Notes: generated by a model from the sequence alone, not told the origin. 23,487 nt of DNA from an archaeon (GCA_043822065.1 JBDRCC010000004.1:1-23487), one strand, 5' to 3'; positions 1 to 8,540 are shown, numbered from the stretch's first letter. Program-made: numbers and translations.

Positions 1-406
1 CGGCAGGGAGCTCATAACAACCGCAGCCCTAGTCGGCAGCATAATGTGCATCCTTGCGCTGTTCACGTTCTGGTGGTATGGCTTTGGCATTAAGGCGCAG
101 ACCATGGCGTTCACCCTGCTGGCAGTAATGCAGCTGTTCAACGCCCAAAACTGCAGGAGCGAGAAGTCGCTGTTTTCAATAGGCCTGCTTAAGAACCGAA
201 AGCTAGTCTGGGCAATACTAATTTCATTCCTCCTCCAGCTTGCCGTGGTCTACCTGCCGCCGCTCCAGGTGGCGTTCCACACGACAGCTCTCAGCCGTAT
301 GGAGTGGGGCTGGATATTCCTGATGGCATCCACGGTAGTCGTCGCCATGGAAATCAAGAAGATGCTCGCTAGGAAAGCCGGTTCAGGCGCTCAAGAGGGT
401 CAGTAA
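1..406 (+). CDS. C-terminal part of a P-type cation-transporting ATPase (P2-type, Cation_ATPase_C region); 5' end lies outside the window
   Basis: The frame is open from base 2 into the ORF at 44. Motifs AQTMAFTLLAVMQLFNAQNCRS, N-x-x-L-x-x-AI, LQLAVVYLPPLQVAFHTTAL and terminal EIKK are typical of the last TM helices of P2 ATPases. Confidence 0.88.
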   Translation, partial: GRELITTAALVGSIMCILALFTFWWYGFGIKAQTMAFTLLAVMQLFNAQNCRSEKSLFSIGLLKNRKLVWAILISFLLQLAVVYLPPLQVAFHTTALSRMEWGWIFLMASTVVVAMEIKKMLARKAGSGAQEGQ

Positions 407-1246
407 AAGGTTTCTCGTGCCCGGGGCAATGCCCAGCGTGAATATAGCAAAATAAAGCAGGCTCCGCTCTGTCTTGTCTTCCACGTCCCTAAGCATGTAG
501 ACCACAAGCGGGACTACGGCAAGCTTCAGGGCAAACATGACGAATGGCCCGAACAGGCCTATCAGGAAGTTCGGAAGGACGTGCTTCTCCCAGAAGCCGT
601 AGAACTGTATCCCGACAAAGGTGGTTGAAGCATCGTACAAGTGGGTTGCGACAAGCACGAACGGGATTTTCTGCTTGAGGTAGCCGCATATCGGGTACTG
701 CTTGAAGTTCTCTATGAAGTAGTAGTACGCGCCTATGAAAGTGAAGCTCAGGAAGCCGACTGCGACCGGGGCGAACGGGCTCCAGCCAACGCTTCCCTGC
801 TGGCGGATTGTGTAGAAGTACAGGTTAAAGCTTGCAAAAGTCAGCACCCCGAGGCCAAGGAGGGTCTTGTAAGCCTCAATCTTTTTGTATTTCTTCAGGT
901 AGGCTGCGATTACGACCGAAAAGAGGGCTGGCACGAAGACGAGGAAATACGTTCCCGGCGAAACCATCGGGGAAAACTCAATTGAGCGGTATATTGGGAT
1001 GAAAAGCTTCGGGAAGTACCCAACATCGGTCATCACCCGGATGCTCACGCCGAGGAATATGAACGGCAGCATTCCAAGGTAGAACTTCTCGTCGAGGTCG
1101 ACATCCAGCCGCTTGAGAAATTTGTACAGTGGGACTAAGACCGCCACCAGGATAAGCCCGTAGACTGCAGTGTTGTATATGTTGTACGCGCCCGACAGGT
1201 ACTGGGGCTCGACAAAGTACTTGTACACGAAGTTCTCAACCGACAT
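383..1246 (-). CDS. DUF63-family archaeal multi-pass membrane protein
   Basis: Motifs YNIYNTAVYG, RVMTD, HLYDASTTFVGI, FWEKHVLP and LGIAPGTRN, with many TM segments. Confidence 0.85.
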   Translation of the reverse strand: MSVENFVYKYFVEPQYLSGAYNIYNTAVYGLILVAVLVPLYKFLKRLDVDLDEKFYLGMLPFIFLGVSIRVMTDVGYFPKLFIPIYRSIEFSPMVSPGTYFLVFVPALFSVVIAAYLKKYKKIEAYKTLLGLGVLTFASFNLYFYTIRQQGSVGWSPFAPVAVGFLSFTFIGAYYYFIENFKQYPICGYLKQKIPFVLVATHLYDASTTFVGIQFYGFWEKHVLPNFLIGLFGPFVMFALKLAVVPLVVYMLRDVEDKTERSLLYFAIFTLGIAPGTRNLLLTLLSA

Positions 1247-1265
1247 TGTGAACTGCTAATTTCTC

Positions 1266-2363
1266 TTAGCTTATGAAACTTTCGCCAACAATGCGCTTTC
1301 CCGCGTCCTCAAGCTTTCCGTCGAGGAGAAGCTGGAATATCTCATCCGGGTCCTCGCCAAGGTAGGACTCGAGCAGCTCAATGCCCTGCTCCCGGATCGG
1401 GCGCTGGCTTGCCTCCCGCTTTTCTGCCTTTGCCTTCTGCCCTGCCAGCTCGTTTGAGACTGAAAGGAATGCGCCCTTCGCTGCCGCGCGGTGCAGCTGG
1501 GCTACGTCGACATCTGATGGCGAGTACCCCTTGCAGAGGGACCCAGTAAGCTTCAGCTTCATCAGGCAGCCGCTTTTGGAAGCGGATTCGATATATTCCT
1601 TTGCCTCCCTCACAACCTCAGAAGGCGACGCGCCGTCGAATTTCAGTATCTTGTAGAAGAATTCCCTCTGAGTCTTCAGGGGAACTGACTCGAATTTTTC
1701 AGGGGGCTCGTAGAACCAGACCCTTTTCGGCTCGGTCTCGGCGCTCTTCAGCTGGGTCCGTATGGTGCTGCCGGGGCAGAGAATGTGCGGCTTGCCCGTT
1801 TTCAGGTCTGACCAGTGGATATGCCCGCAGACAACGAGGTCAAAGCCCTTCGGCAGGTCGGACAGCTCAAGCGCAGCCGGCTCATATGGGTTGTAGATGT
1901 ACTCCTTCAGGCTCTGATGGATGACAAGGATGTTTATGTCGCCGTCCGGCTTCGGGTTCCATTTGTCCAGGACCACCTTTGCATACCGGTCAGGGACGCC
2001 GGACATCCCGTAAACCTTGACGCTCCTGCCGTCGATATGGTGCTCAGACGCGGAGCAGTGGAGGCACTTGAGGAATGCCGCATGCTCTATGACCTGGACT
2101 GGGTTAACGTACTCCTTTATCCTGCGCTCGTGCGTCCCCCAGACTGCGATGATTGGGGTGTCTATTTTTTCGAACATTCGCAGGGCTCTGGCAGTAACCT
2201 CCTGGCGCGGCGTCCTGGAATCGAATATGTCGCCTGCAAGGATTATGAGGTCTGCGCCGGATGCTAGCTGGAGCGCCTCCTCCGCCTGCCTGAACGAGTC
2301 CTCTCCGCGCGGGGCGTCGAACTGGTAGCCAAGGTGGAAGTCGGACGTGATAGCTATCCGCAT
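1266..2363 (-). CDS. mre11: Mre11/SbcD-family DNA repair nuclease (metallophosphoesterase)
   Basis: Phosphoesterase motifs SDFHLG, AGDIFD, GTHE (usually GNHD), IHQ, GHIH and PGS. A capping-domain-like region and a C-terminal helix-loop-helix follow. Confidence 0.88.
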   Translation of the reverse strand: MRIAITSDFHLGYQFDAPRGEDSFRQAEEALQLASGADLIILAGDIFDSRTPRQEVTARALRMFEKIDTPIIAVWGTHERRIKEYVNPVQVIEHAAFLKCLHCSASEHHIDGRSVKVYGMSGVPDRYAKVVLDKWNPKPDGDINILVIHQSLKEYIYNPYEPAALELSDLPKGFDLVVCGHIHWSDLKTGKPHILCPGSTIRTQLKSAETEPKRVWFYEPPEKFESVPLKTQREFFYKILKFDGASPSEVVREAKEYIESASKSGCLMKLKLTGSLCKGYSPSDVDVAQLHRAAAKGAFLSVSNELAGQKAKAEKREASQRPIREQGIELLESYLGEDPDEIFQLLLDGKLEDAGKRIVGESFIS

Positions 2364-2405
2364 AAGTGGTGTATGGCTGCGGGAGATATATGGTTTTTGC
2401 AGGAA

Positions 2406-2918
2406 TCAGCCCAGCTGGAAGAGCTTCTCGGCCGTTGCCTGGCCTGAAACGACAGTAATCTGCACCACGCCGTAGCCGGTGTAGCCGGTCTGCAGTATCG
2501 CGCTCTCGCCCTTCTCCAGCTTTTCCGGAACTTGATTTAGTACCTGGACGTCGGCGCCGTTTATTGCTACTGCGAAGTCCGTTAGTGCCAGCTGCCCGGT
2601 GTTTGTGACTGCGATGAGCATCCTTCCCTCTGAGTCCTTGGAAACCGCGGCGACGTCTATGCTCCAGGCAATGTCCTTGACTGCGAGTATGACTGAGTCA
2701 ACAGATGAGTCCAGCTTGACGTCCTCTGCCGCAGGGGAGAGCATCCCACCGAGCAGGGGCACCGCCTTAAGCTCCGGCATGCCGCCGACAATCATGAAGC
2801 TTGCTACAAGGACCAGCGCCATGAGGATGAGCCCTTTGACAAAGTCCTTGAGGATTTTCGTCCCCGTGTAGATTACAACGAGGAGGAGCACAATGCCAAG
2901 AATAGCTTGGAGTTCCAT
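2406..2918 (-). CDS. Hypothetical membrane protein with two N-terminal TM helices and a probable Ig-like extracellular domain
   Basis: Two hydrophobic helices, then a beta-rich region containing AVTNTGQLALTDF and LEKGES, typical of CARDB/Ig-like folds. Confidence 0.7.
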   Translation of the reverse strand: MELQAILGIVLLLVVIYTGTKILKDFVKGLILMALVLVASFMIVGGMPELKAVPLLGGMLSPAAEDVKLDSSVDSVILAVKDIAWSIDVAAVSKDSEGRMLIAVTNTGQLALTDFAVAINGADVQVLNQVPEKLEKGESAILQTGYTGYGVVQITVVSGQATAEKLFQLG

Positions 2919-2952
2919 GAAAGGTATATCGCCTGCAGCTTTTTATCGTTTG

Positions 2953-3168
2953 CTAGTATCCCTCGAATTCCTCATTGAGGCTGCGGACGTACTCGTCAGA
3001 CTCCTGCACCTCATCGTGGAGAAACATCTCCGTCGAGAGCTCGCCGTCCCGCACCGATACTATAAACTCGCGCGAACAGCTCTCGCACTGGACAAGGCGC
3101 CTGGTGCCTTCGTCAATCGCCCCAAGGTGCTTGTCAAACCCGCAGTCAGGGCATGGAACGAACCGCAT
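2953..3168 (-). CDS. Small Zn-ribbon protein with an acidic C-terminus
   Basis: CPDCG...CESC pairs. TTATATAT lies about 25 nt upstream of the ATG, and the ORF fills the gap between neighbours. Confidence 0.7.
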   Translation of the reverse strand: MRFVPCPDCGFDKHLGAIDEGTRRLVQCESCSREFIVSVRDGELSTEMFLHDEVQESDEYVRSLNEEFEGY

Positions 3169-3245
3169 GATATGGCGTACCTAAGAGGCATATATAAGTT
3201 TTTTGATTGGGAAGGATTAAATACAGATTCGCACAAAGTACGTCC

Positions 3246-3533
3246 ATGACGCTGCAAACAGAATTCGATGCTAAGAAAAGGGAGCTCAGGGACCTCTGCA
3301 GGCAGTGCAACGGCAAGGACAAGGCGCGCGAGGCCCAGAGGAAAGCAGAGGCAATCCGTGATGGCTACAACAAGTACCACGAGGCTGTGGGAAAGTGGAA
3401 CAAAAGCAGCTGGGAGCTTTATTACGAGGCGGCAGTGAAAATATGCAGGGAGTGCGAGAAGACGTCACTTAAGCACATTCACAACAAGGGAGTCTACGCC
3501 TCCTCATTCAGGGAGCACTTTTCGCAGTTCTGA
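3246..3533 (+). CDS. Hypothetical helical protein with two CxxC motifs (start moved to ATG 3246)
   Basis: CRQC, CREC and HIH. A TATA-like ATTAAATA near 3216-3223 places the likely start at ATG 3246 rather than 3207. Confidence 0.55.
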   Translation: MTLQTEFDAKKRELRDLCRQCNGKDKAREAQRKAEAIRDGYNKYHEAVGKWNKSSWELYYEAAVKICRECEKTSLKHIHNKGVYASSFREHFSQF

Positions 3534-4022
3534 TTTGCGGTACCTTTCCCGCTGGCCGAGGTTCTTCTGGATGTCGTAGTTCTTCTTAAGAGCCTTCCAC
3601 TCCATGTATTTCGTGTTGGCGAATATTGCAATCCAGATTTTCGCGACGACGAACGAAGAAAAGATATAGATGTGCATTGGGTTTACCCCGAAGTTCCACA
3701 GGAGTATCGTGAAAAGCGCAGGCAGGATGTTCGACTCCGAGACCATCCTTGGCACTATCCCAATCAAGGCAAACGGCACGATTGCCAGAACCCCTCCGAC
3801 GACAAACGCAGTTACCGGCTCCGCGCCGAAGTGAAGCATGAGAAGGGTGACTGCAGAGCAGTAAACGGAATTCCGGTTTATGAAAACCGTCCTCGACGGA
3901 ATCATCTGCACTATAACGGAAAACAGCAGCGCCCACTTGAACGACTCCGGCCCGAGGAAGACATAGAAAACCGTGAAGTTAAGCAGGTGCAGTACTAGGT
4001 TTGCTGCGATGAAGAGCGACAT
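3504..4022 (-). CDS. Hypothetical multi-pass membrane protein
   Basis: Hydrophobic throughout with a basic tail. TTATAAA lies about 25 nt upstream of the ATG on the minus strand. Confidence 0.7.
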   Translation of the reverse strand: MSLFIAANLVLHLLNFTVFYVFLGPESFKWALLFSVIVQMIPSRTVFINRNSVYCSAVTLLMLHFGAEPVTAFVVGGVLAIVPFALIGIVPRMVSESNILPALFTILLWNFGVNPMHIYIFSSFVVAKIWIAIFANTKYMEWKALKKNYDIQKNLGQRERYRKSELRKVLPE

Positions 4023-4059
4023 AAGGATAGATTGGGCGGATTAGTTTATAAGATTTGGG

Positions 4060-4152
4060 TGGCGGGCCTGGGGGGATTTGAACCCCCGACCTAAGGTTGT
4101 TTCCCTTAGTCGGTAGGAAACCTTCGCTCTATCCAAGCTGAGCCACAGGCCC
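4060..4152 (-). tRNA. tRNA-Arg(CCU) with a 15-nt intron at the canonical 37/38 position (intron 4099-4113) and an encoded CCA
   Basis: The reverse complement folds as acceptor GGGCCTG/CAGGCCC + GCCA, D-arm GCTC/GAGC, anticodon stem AAGGT/ACCTT with loop TT-CCT-A[CCGACTAAGGGAAAC]A, and T-arm GGGGG-TTCAAAT-CCCCC. Confidence 0.96.
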
Positions 4153-4213
4153 GTGCCACACAGGAAGGTCTCCGTAGGCAAGTAGTATATCAGGTTGTTT
4201 TTATTCTTTATGC

Positions 4214-4507
4214 CTAACCAAAGATTGCGCCCAGTCCGGCGTTGGCGGATTCTTCGTCAGCCAGTATCTTGGCGAGGATGTCCTTTGCGTTCTTCGCCTC
4301 GGGGGCTATTGGCTTGAGCTCCGCCGCAAGCTTCTTCACTAGTGCGTCTTCTGCCTTGTAGGTCAGGTAAAGCCCGCTGTCGCTGAAACCGAGGGACTTG
4401 GGGTCCTTGAAGTCGTAGCTCCCCCTAAAGTAACCCTTCTCGAGCGGGTCGAGGACTGCCTTGACTTTTTCCTTGTCTGCCGCATTTATTAAAAATACTG
4501 TTTCCAT
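4214..4507 (-). CDS. Uncharacterised 97-aa protein with a ribosomal P-stalk-like C-terminal motif
   Basis: Clean ORF divergent from the PRTase gene across an AT-rich spacer. It ends in DEESANAGLGAIFG. Confidence 0.8.
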   Translation of the reverse strand: METVFLINAADKEKVKAVLDPLEKGYFRGSYDFKDPKSLGFSDSGLYLTYKAEDALVKKLAAELKPIAPEAKNAKDILAKILADEESANAGLGAIFG

Positions 4508-4568
4508 TTTTTATCTTATACAATTAAATACTACCTTATTTTATACTAATCGGCTGATTTTTCGAGAA

Positions 4569-5252
4569 ATGGTTAAAAAATTCAAGGTAAGCCTGAGGTC
4601 TTGGGAGAATATCTGGGAGCTTTCAAGGAAGCTTTCCAGCAAGATAATCGACTCCAGGTACAAGCCTGACGTGATAATCGCCCTTGCGAGGGGCGGCTTC
4701 GTCGTCGCGAGGAACCTATGCGACATGATGTACATAAAGGACCTGGTCAGCCTGAAGGTCGAGCATTGGGGCATCACGGCTACGCCCGACGGGCAGGCAG
4801 TCCTGAAGTACCCGTTTGACATGGATCTTAGCGGGAAAAAGGTCCTCGTTGTCGATGACATAACAGACACTGGTGAGAGCCTGCGGGTGAGCGTCGAATA
4901 CGTCAAGTTAAAAAATGCCAAGGAAGTCAGGTCTGCGACTTTGCAGTACATAACATCCTCGTCATTCAAGCCGGACTACTTTGTAGAAGAGATAACTGGC
5001 AAGGACTGGGTCTGGGTGTTGTACCCGTGGTGCTACACAGAGGATATGTGCAATCTCATCGGGAACATCCTTGAAGAAGGAAAGGCGCACCTTGACCACA
5101 TCTGCGCCGGGCTTGAGGAGCACTACGAGATAAAGGTGGACAAAAAAGCGCTTGAGGCGATAATGCTTGAGATGGAGAGGCGTGACATCGTAGAGAGGAT
5201 TGAGGAAAAAGTCCTCCATTGGCAGAAAAAGGGCGGGGGCAAGAAGGAATGA
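4569..5252 (+). CDS. Purine (hypoxanthine/guanine/xanthine-type) phosphoribosyltransferase with a C-terminal extension (start moved to ATG 4569)
   Basis: PDVIIALARGG, PRPP-binding VLVVDDITDTGESL, PDYF and WVLYPW. The ORF-track extension upstream of 4569 runs through an AT-rich promoter region. Confidence 0.88.
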   Translation: MVKKFKVSLRSWENIWELSRKLSSKIIDSRYKPDVIIALARGGFVVARNLCDMMYIKDLVSLKVEHWGITATPDGQAVLKYPFDMDLSGKKVLVVDDITDTGESLRVSVEYVKLKNAKEVRSATLQYITSSSFKPDYFVEEITGKDWVWVLYPWCYTEDMCNLIGNILEEGKAHLDHICAGLEEHYEIKVDKKALEAIMLEMERRDIVERIEEKVLHWQKKGGGKKE

Positions 5253-6097
5253 TAGGGATAATCGGCGGGAGCGGAATATACAGCCTCGACGTAAAAAAGC
5301 ACAAGGATGTGCAGGTAAGCACTCCATTCGGGAAGCCCTCGGGCAAGGTTAGGACTGGCACGATTGCGGGGAAAAAGGTCGCGTTCATCGCAAGGCACGG
5401 CGATGGGCACATACATTCACCGTCGAACCTGAACTACAGGGCGAACATTTTCGCACTCAAGAAAATCGGGGTAACCAAAATCCTTTCGGTCCAGGCAGTG
5501 GGGAGCCTGAAAGAGGGCATTATGCCGCTCGACATCGTAATCCCGAACCAGATAATTGACAGGACAAGGCTCCGGGCTTCGACGTTCTTTGACAAGGGCA
5601 TCGTCACTCACGTATCGTTTGCAGACCCGTTCTGCAGTGAGCTGTCCGGGCTGCTGAGCGGGACGAGCAGGCAGCTTGGGTACCAGACGCACCCGAACGG
5701 GACATACCTCTGCATGGAGGGGCCGCAGTTCTCAACGCGGGCTGAGTCGAAAATGTACCAGTCCTGGGGTGCATCGATAATCGGCATGACCGCAGTCCCG
5801 GAAGCCAAGCTTGCTAGGGAGGCTGAAATGTGCTACGCCTCGGTTGCGACAGTTACAGACTATGACGTCTGGAAGGAGCGCATGGAGGACGTCTCTGTCG
5901 AAATGATTATTGAGAACGCCAAGAAGAATGAGGCGGCGGTTATCAGGGTGCTGGAGGCAGTTATCCCGAAAATAAACGCTGACGCGGACTGCACCTGCCA
6001 CCACGCGCTTGCCGGCGCAATTATGACTGATCCTAAGATGGTTCTAAAGAAGGTAAAAGCCGACCTTAGGCCCCTTATCGGGAGGTATTTGAAATGA
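5249..6097 (+). CDS. mtnP: S-methyl-5'-thioadenosine phosphorylase (MTAP) (start moved to ATG 5249)
   Basis: IGIIGGSG, TPFG, ARHG, NYRANI, AVGSL, EGPQFSTRAES, IGMT, PEAKLAREAE and VTDYDVW. ATGA overlap with the upstream gene. Confidence 0.93.
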   Translation: MIGIIGGSGIYSLDVKKHKDVQVSTPFGKPSGKVRTGTIAGKKVAFIARHGDGHIHSPSNLNYRANIFALKKIGVTKILSVQAVGSLKEGIMPLDIVIPNQIIDRTRLRASTFFDKGIVTHVSFADPFCSELSGLLSGTSRQLGYQTHPNGTYLCMEGPQFSTRAESKMYQSWGASIIGMTAVPEAKLAREAEMCYASVATVTDYDVWKERMEDVSVEMIIENAKKNEAAVIRVLEAVIPKINADADCTCHHALAGAIMTDPKMVLKKVKADLRPLIGRYLK

Positions 6098-7404
6098 GTG
6101 ACATAACAATAAAAAATGCCCTGATTCTGACCCAGAACTCGAGGCGCGAGGTTTTTGAGAAGGACGTCCGGATAGAGGGAAACAGGATAGCTGAGGTCGG
6201 GAAGAACCTCTCAAAGAGCGGGTACGTCATAGACGCCAAGGGCAAGCTGCTCATACCTGGGCTTGTAAACACGCACTGCCATGCGTATATGGCGATGCTG
6301 CGCGGATATGCGGAGGACATGGAGGTCGAGAAATGGCTTTCCGAGAAGGTCTGGCCGATAGAGGCCATAATGGTCAAGGACAAAAAAGCAGGGAAGCTCG
6401 GCACCCACCTGTCGTGCCTTGAGATGATACGGAGCGGGGTGACGGCATTCGCTGACATGACCATGTACTCAGACTCGACAGTGCCGTCCGCGGTTAAGGA
6501 AGTCGGAATGCGCGGCTTCCTCGGCTACGGCATGGCTGACCTCGGGAACAAGCAGAGGATTGAGTCAGAGCTCAAGGGCACTGAGAAGTTCATCTCCGCG
6601 ATAAAGGAGCAGAAGACTGACAGGATAAAGCCGGTCATCTCGCCGCACTCGGTTTACACCTGCTCGGAGGAGACGCTCAAAAAGACAATCGAGCTCTCGG
6701 AAAAATACAAGGCGCCGATGCAGATTCACTGCGCTGAGACCCGGAAAGAGGTATACGACTGCAAGAAGCGGACTGGCAAGAGGCCGCTCGACTACCTCAA
6801 GTCGATTGGCATGCTGAAGCCGGAGACAATCCTGGCGCACTGCGTCTGGCTGACAAAGGCTGAAATAAATACCCTGGCCGGGGCGGGGGCAAGCGTCTCC
6901 TACAACCCGACTAGCAACCTCAAGCTCGCATCCGGAGGGCTCAGCCCGGTCCCGGAGATGCTTGAAGCCGGCGTAAACGTCAGCCTTGGGACTGACGGGC
7001 CTGCCAGCAACAACAGCCTGAACATATTCTTTGAGATGAAAATCGGCTCGCTCGTGCAGAAGAACTTCAGGTGGAACCCGGAAGTAATGCCTGCCCAGAG
7101 CATGTTCGACATGGCGACGCTGAATGGGGGAATGGCATTCGGGTACAAGAACTCCATCGAGAAGGGAAACCCTGCGGACCTTGTCCTGCTCGAAAGAGGC
7201 CCTGGCATGACGCCGCTGTACGACCCGATGCTTTCGCTAGTCTACTCAAAGCAGTATGTCCAGACCACGATAATCGACGGCGAGATTGTGATGGAGAATA
7301 TGGAGATAAAGACCCTCAACGAGCAGAAGCTCCTGGCCGAAGCGCAGGAAGTTGGCATGAGGCTGGTCGCGCAGAAGACGAAGAAGATGCGGGATATCAA
7401 ATAG
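6094..7404 (+). CDS. mtaD: MTA/S-adenosylhomocysteine/5'-deoxyadenosine deaminase-like amidohydrolase (MtaD/DadD type)
   Basis: PGLVNTHCH, PHSVYTC, IHCAET, AHCVWL, SNLKLASG and LGTDGPASNN. ATGA-coupled to mtnP. Confidence 0.82.
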   Translation: MSDITIKNALILTQNSRREVFEKDVRIEGNRIAEVGKNLSKSGYVIDAKGKLLIPGLVNTHCHAYMAMLRGYAEDMEVEKWLSEKVWPIEAIMVKDKKAGKLGTHLSCLEMIRSGVTAFADMTMYSDSTVPSAVKEVGMRGFLGYGMADLGNKQRIESELKGTEKFISAIKEQKTDRIKPVISPHSVYTCSEETLKKTIELSEKYKAPMQIHCAETRKEVYDCKKRTGKRPLDYLKSIGMLKPETILAHCVWLTKAEINTLAGAGASVSYNPTSNLKLASGGLSPVPEMLEAGVNVSLGTDGPASNNSLNIFFEMKIGSLVQKNFRWNPEVMPAQSMFDMATLNGGMAFGYKNSIEKGNPADLVLLERGPGMTPLYDPMLSLVYSKQYVQTTIIDGEIVMENMEIKTLNEQKLLAEAQEVGMRLVAQKTKKMRDIK

Positions 7405-8062
7405 CCTTAATAATTTCCAGCCAGCCGGAATCCTTCTCCCAGTGCTTGACTGACTCCTTTATCTGGATTGGCCTCCTGAAAATAGGCCCGTCGACGACGA
7501 GGGTCTCGAATTCTCCGCCTTCCCCAGCGGGGTTGATCCCGTGCTTCTTGTAAAGGCCTTTAAGGTCGCGGATTGTTTTCCCGTCAATCTCCCTGCCGAG
7601 CCAGGACTCGTCAAGCCCCTGGGCGGCGACGGCAGTTATTACCATCTTGAAGCCGGAGGCGACCAGCTCGTGGAGCAGGCGTACCTGGTCCTTGTGCCAG
7701 AGGGGGCAGTAGCTCTTGAGCCCGACCTCGTAGCAGATGCGCTCAATCCTGGTCTTCTGGTATTCAGACCATACCGCGCCTGCAACGACCGCGTCTATCT
7801 GGTCCTTGACAGTCGAGATTGCAGAGCGCAGGTCCTCGAGCTCCTCCTCCTTCACGCCCTTGGATGCTGTCTGGATTATCGGAAGCCCCATGGCCCGCGC
7901 CTGGAGGTTGGTCAGGGCGACATTCGGGGTGTGGTACATGTAGGAGTGCGGGTTTTCAGGGAGGATTGTCACCAGGTAGACCGGCTCCCAGCCCTGCTGG
8001 AGGTAGTAGTAAATGCAGTAGGTGGAGTCTTTCCCGCCTGAGAATAGGGTGGCGAATTTCAT
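7397..8062 (-). CDS. dph6: Diphthine--ammonia ligase (diphthamide synthetase)
   Basis: PP-loop FSGGKDS, SYMYH, SEYQKTRIERIC, PLWH and PAGEGGEFETLVVDGPIF. Confidence 0.92.
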   Translation of the reverse strand: MKFATLFSGGKDSTYCIYYYLQQGWEPVYLVTILPENPHSYMYHTPNVALTNLQARAMGLPIIQTASKGVKEEELEDLRSAISTVKDQIDAVVAGAVWSEYQKTRIERICYEVGLKSYCPLWHKDQVRLLHELVASGFKMVITAVAAQGLDESWLGREIDGKTIRDLKGLYKKHGINPAGEGGEFETLVVDGPIFRRPIQIKESVKHWEKDSGWLEIIKAI

Positions 8063-8520
8063 GAGATTGTAAATTCTTTTATGTCCCTCGCAAGGTACTC
8101 CTCAGAAGTCAGGTCGTCATTCTTCAGCTCGACGATTGCCTTGAACTGCTGGTTCCCGTCAAGCCGTATCTGGTATGTGTTCTGGAAGGTGCCCTTCTTG
8201 TCGAACTGCTCGTGGGTGTTGACCCACTTGTGAGGGAGGACTATGAGGTGGTATTTGTCCCGGTCGTCAGGGAGGATGACCTCCGGCGCATTTGCAGGCA
8301 GGATGTCGACCGTCAGGTAGGAGGGGTATATCTCCGAGTCCCACTCGACGCGGATTCCGACCACGGCCGCGTCAGCGGTCCGGTTGTAGTTCAGGACGTC
8401 GGCGTTAGTTATTGTGATCGAAACAACAGGCTCTGCCTTCGGCATAATGCCGTAGACTGCCAAAAGGAGTACAACGATGCCAGCAGCGAGGTAGGGATAA
8501 TGCTTCTTTTTTATCTTCAT
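8059..8520 (-). CDS. Hypothetical membrane-anchored protein with a beta-rich ectodomain
   Basis: Basic N-terminus followed by one TM helix. ATGA overlap with dph6. Confidence 0.7.
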   Translation of the reverse strand: MKIKKKHYPYLAAGIVVLLLAVYGIMPKAEPVVSITITNADVLNYNRTADAAVVGIRVEWDSEIYPSYLTVDILPANAPEVILPDDRDKYHLIVLPHKWVNTHEQFDKKGTFQNTYQIRLDGNQQFKAIVELKNDDLTSEEYLARDIKEFTIS

Positions 8521-8540
8521 CTTAAAAAATAAACGTAGAA

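Noticed and set aside
2953-3168. LysW amino-group carrier protein
   Set aside because: It lacks the required C-terminal EDWGE, and no lysX/Z/Y/J/K genes are nearby.
4060-4152. tRNA as the attachment site of an integrated element
   Set aside because: No integrase and no duplicated tRNA 3' end were seen in the window.
4214-4507. Ribosomal protein aP1/L12
   Set aside because: Only the tail matches. The typical helical N-terminal domain, the Ala-rich hinge and the L10/L1/L11 operon context are absent.
4461-4568. N-terminal extension of the PRTase given by the ORF track (likewise the starts at 3207, 5219 and 11878)
   Set aside because: The extensions run through AT-rich promoter DNA or neighbouring genes. 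Downstream starts fit the TATA, SD or overlap signals better.
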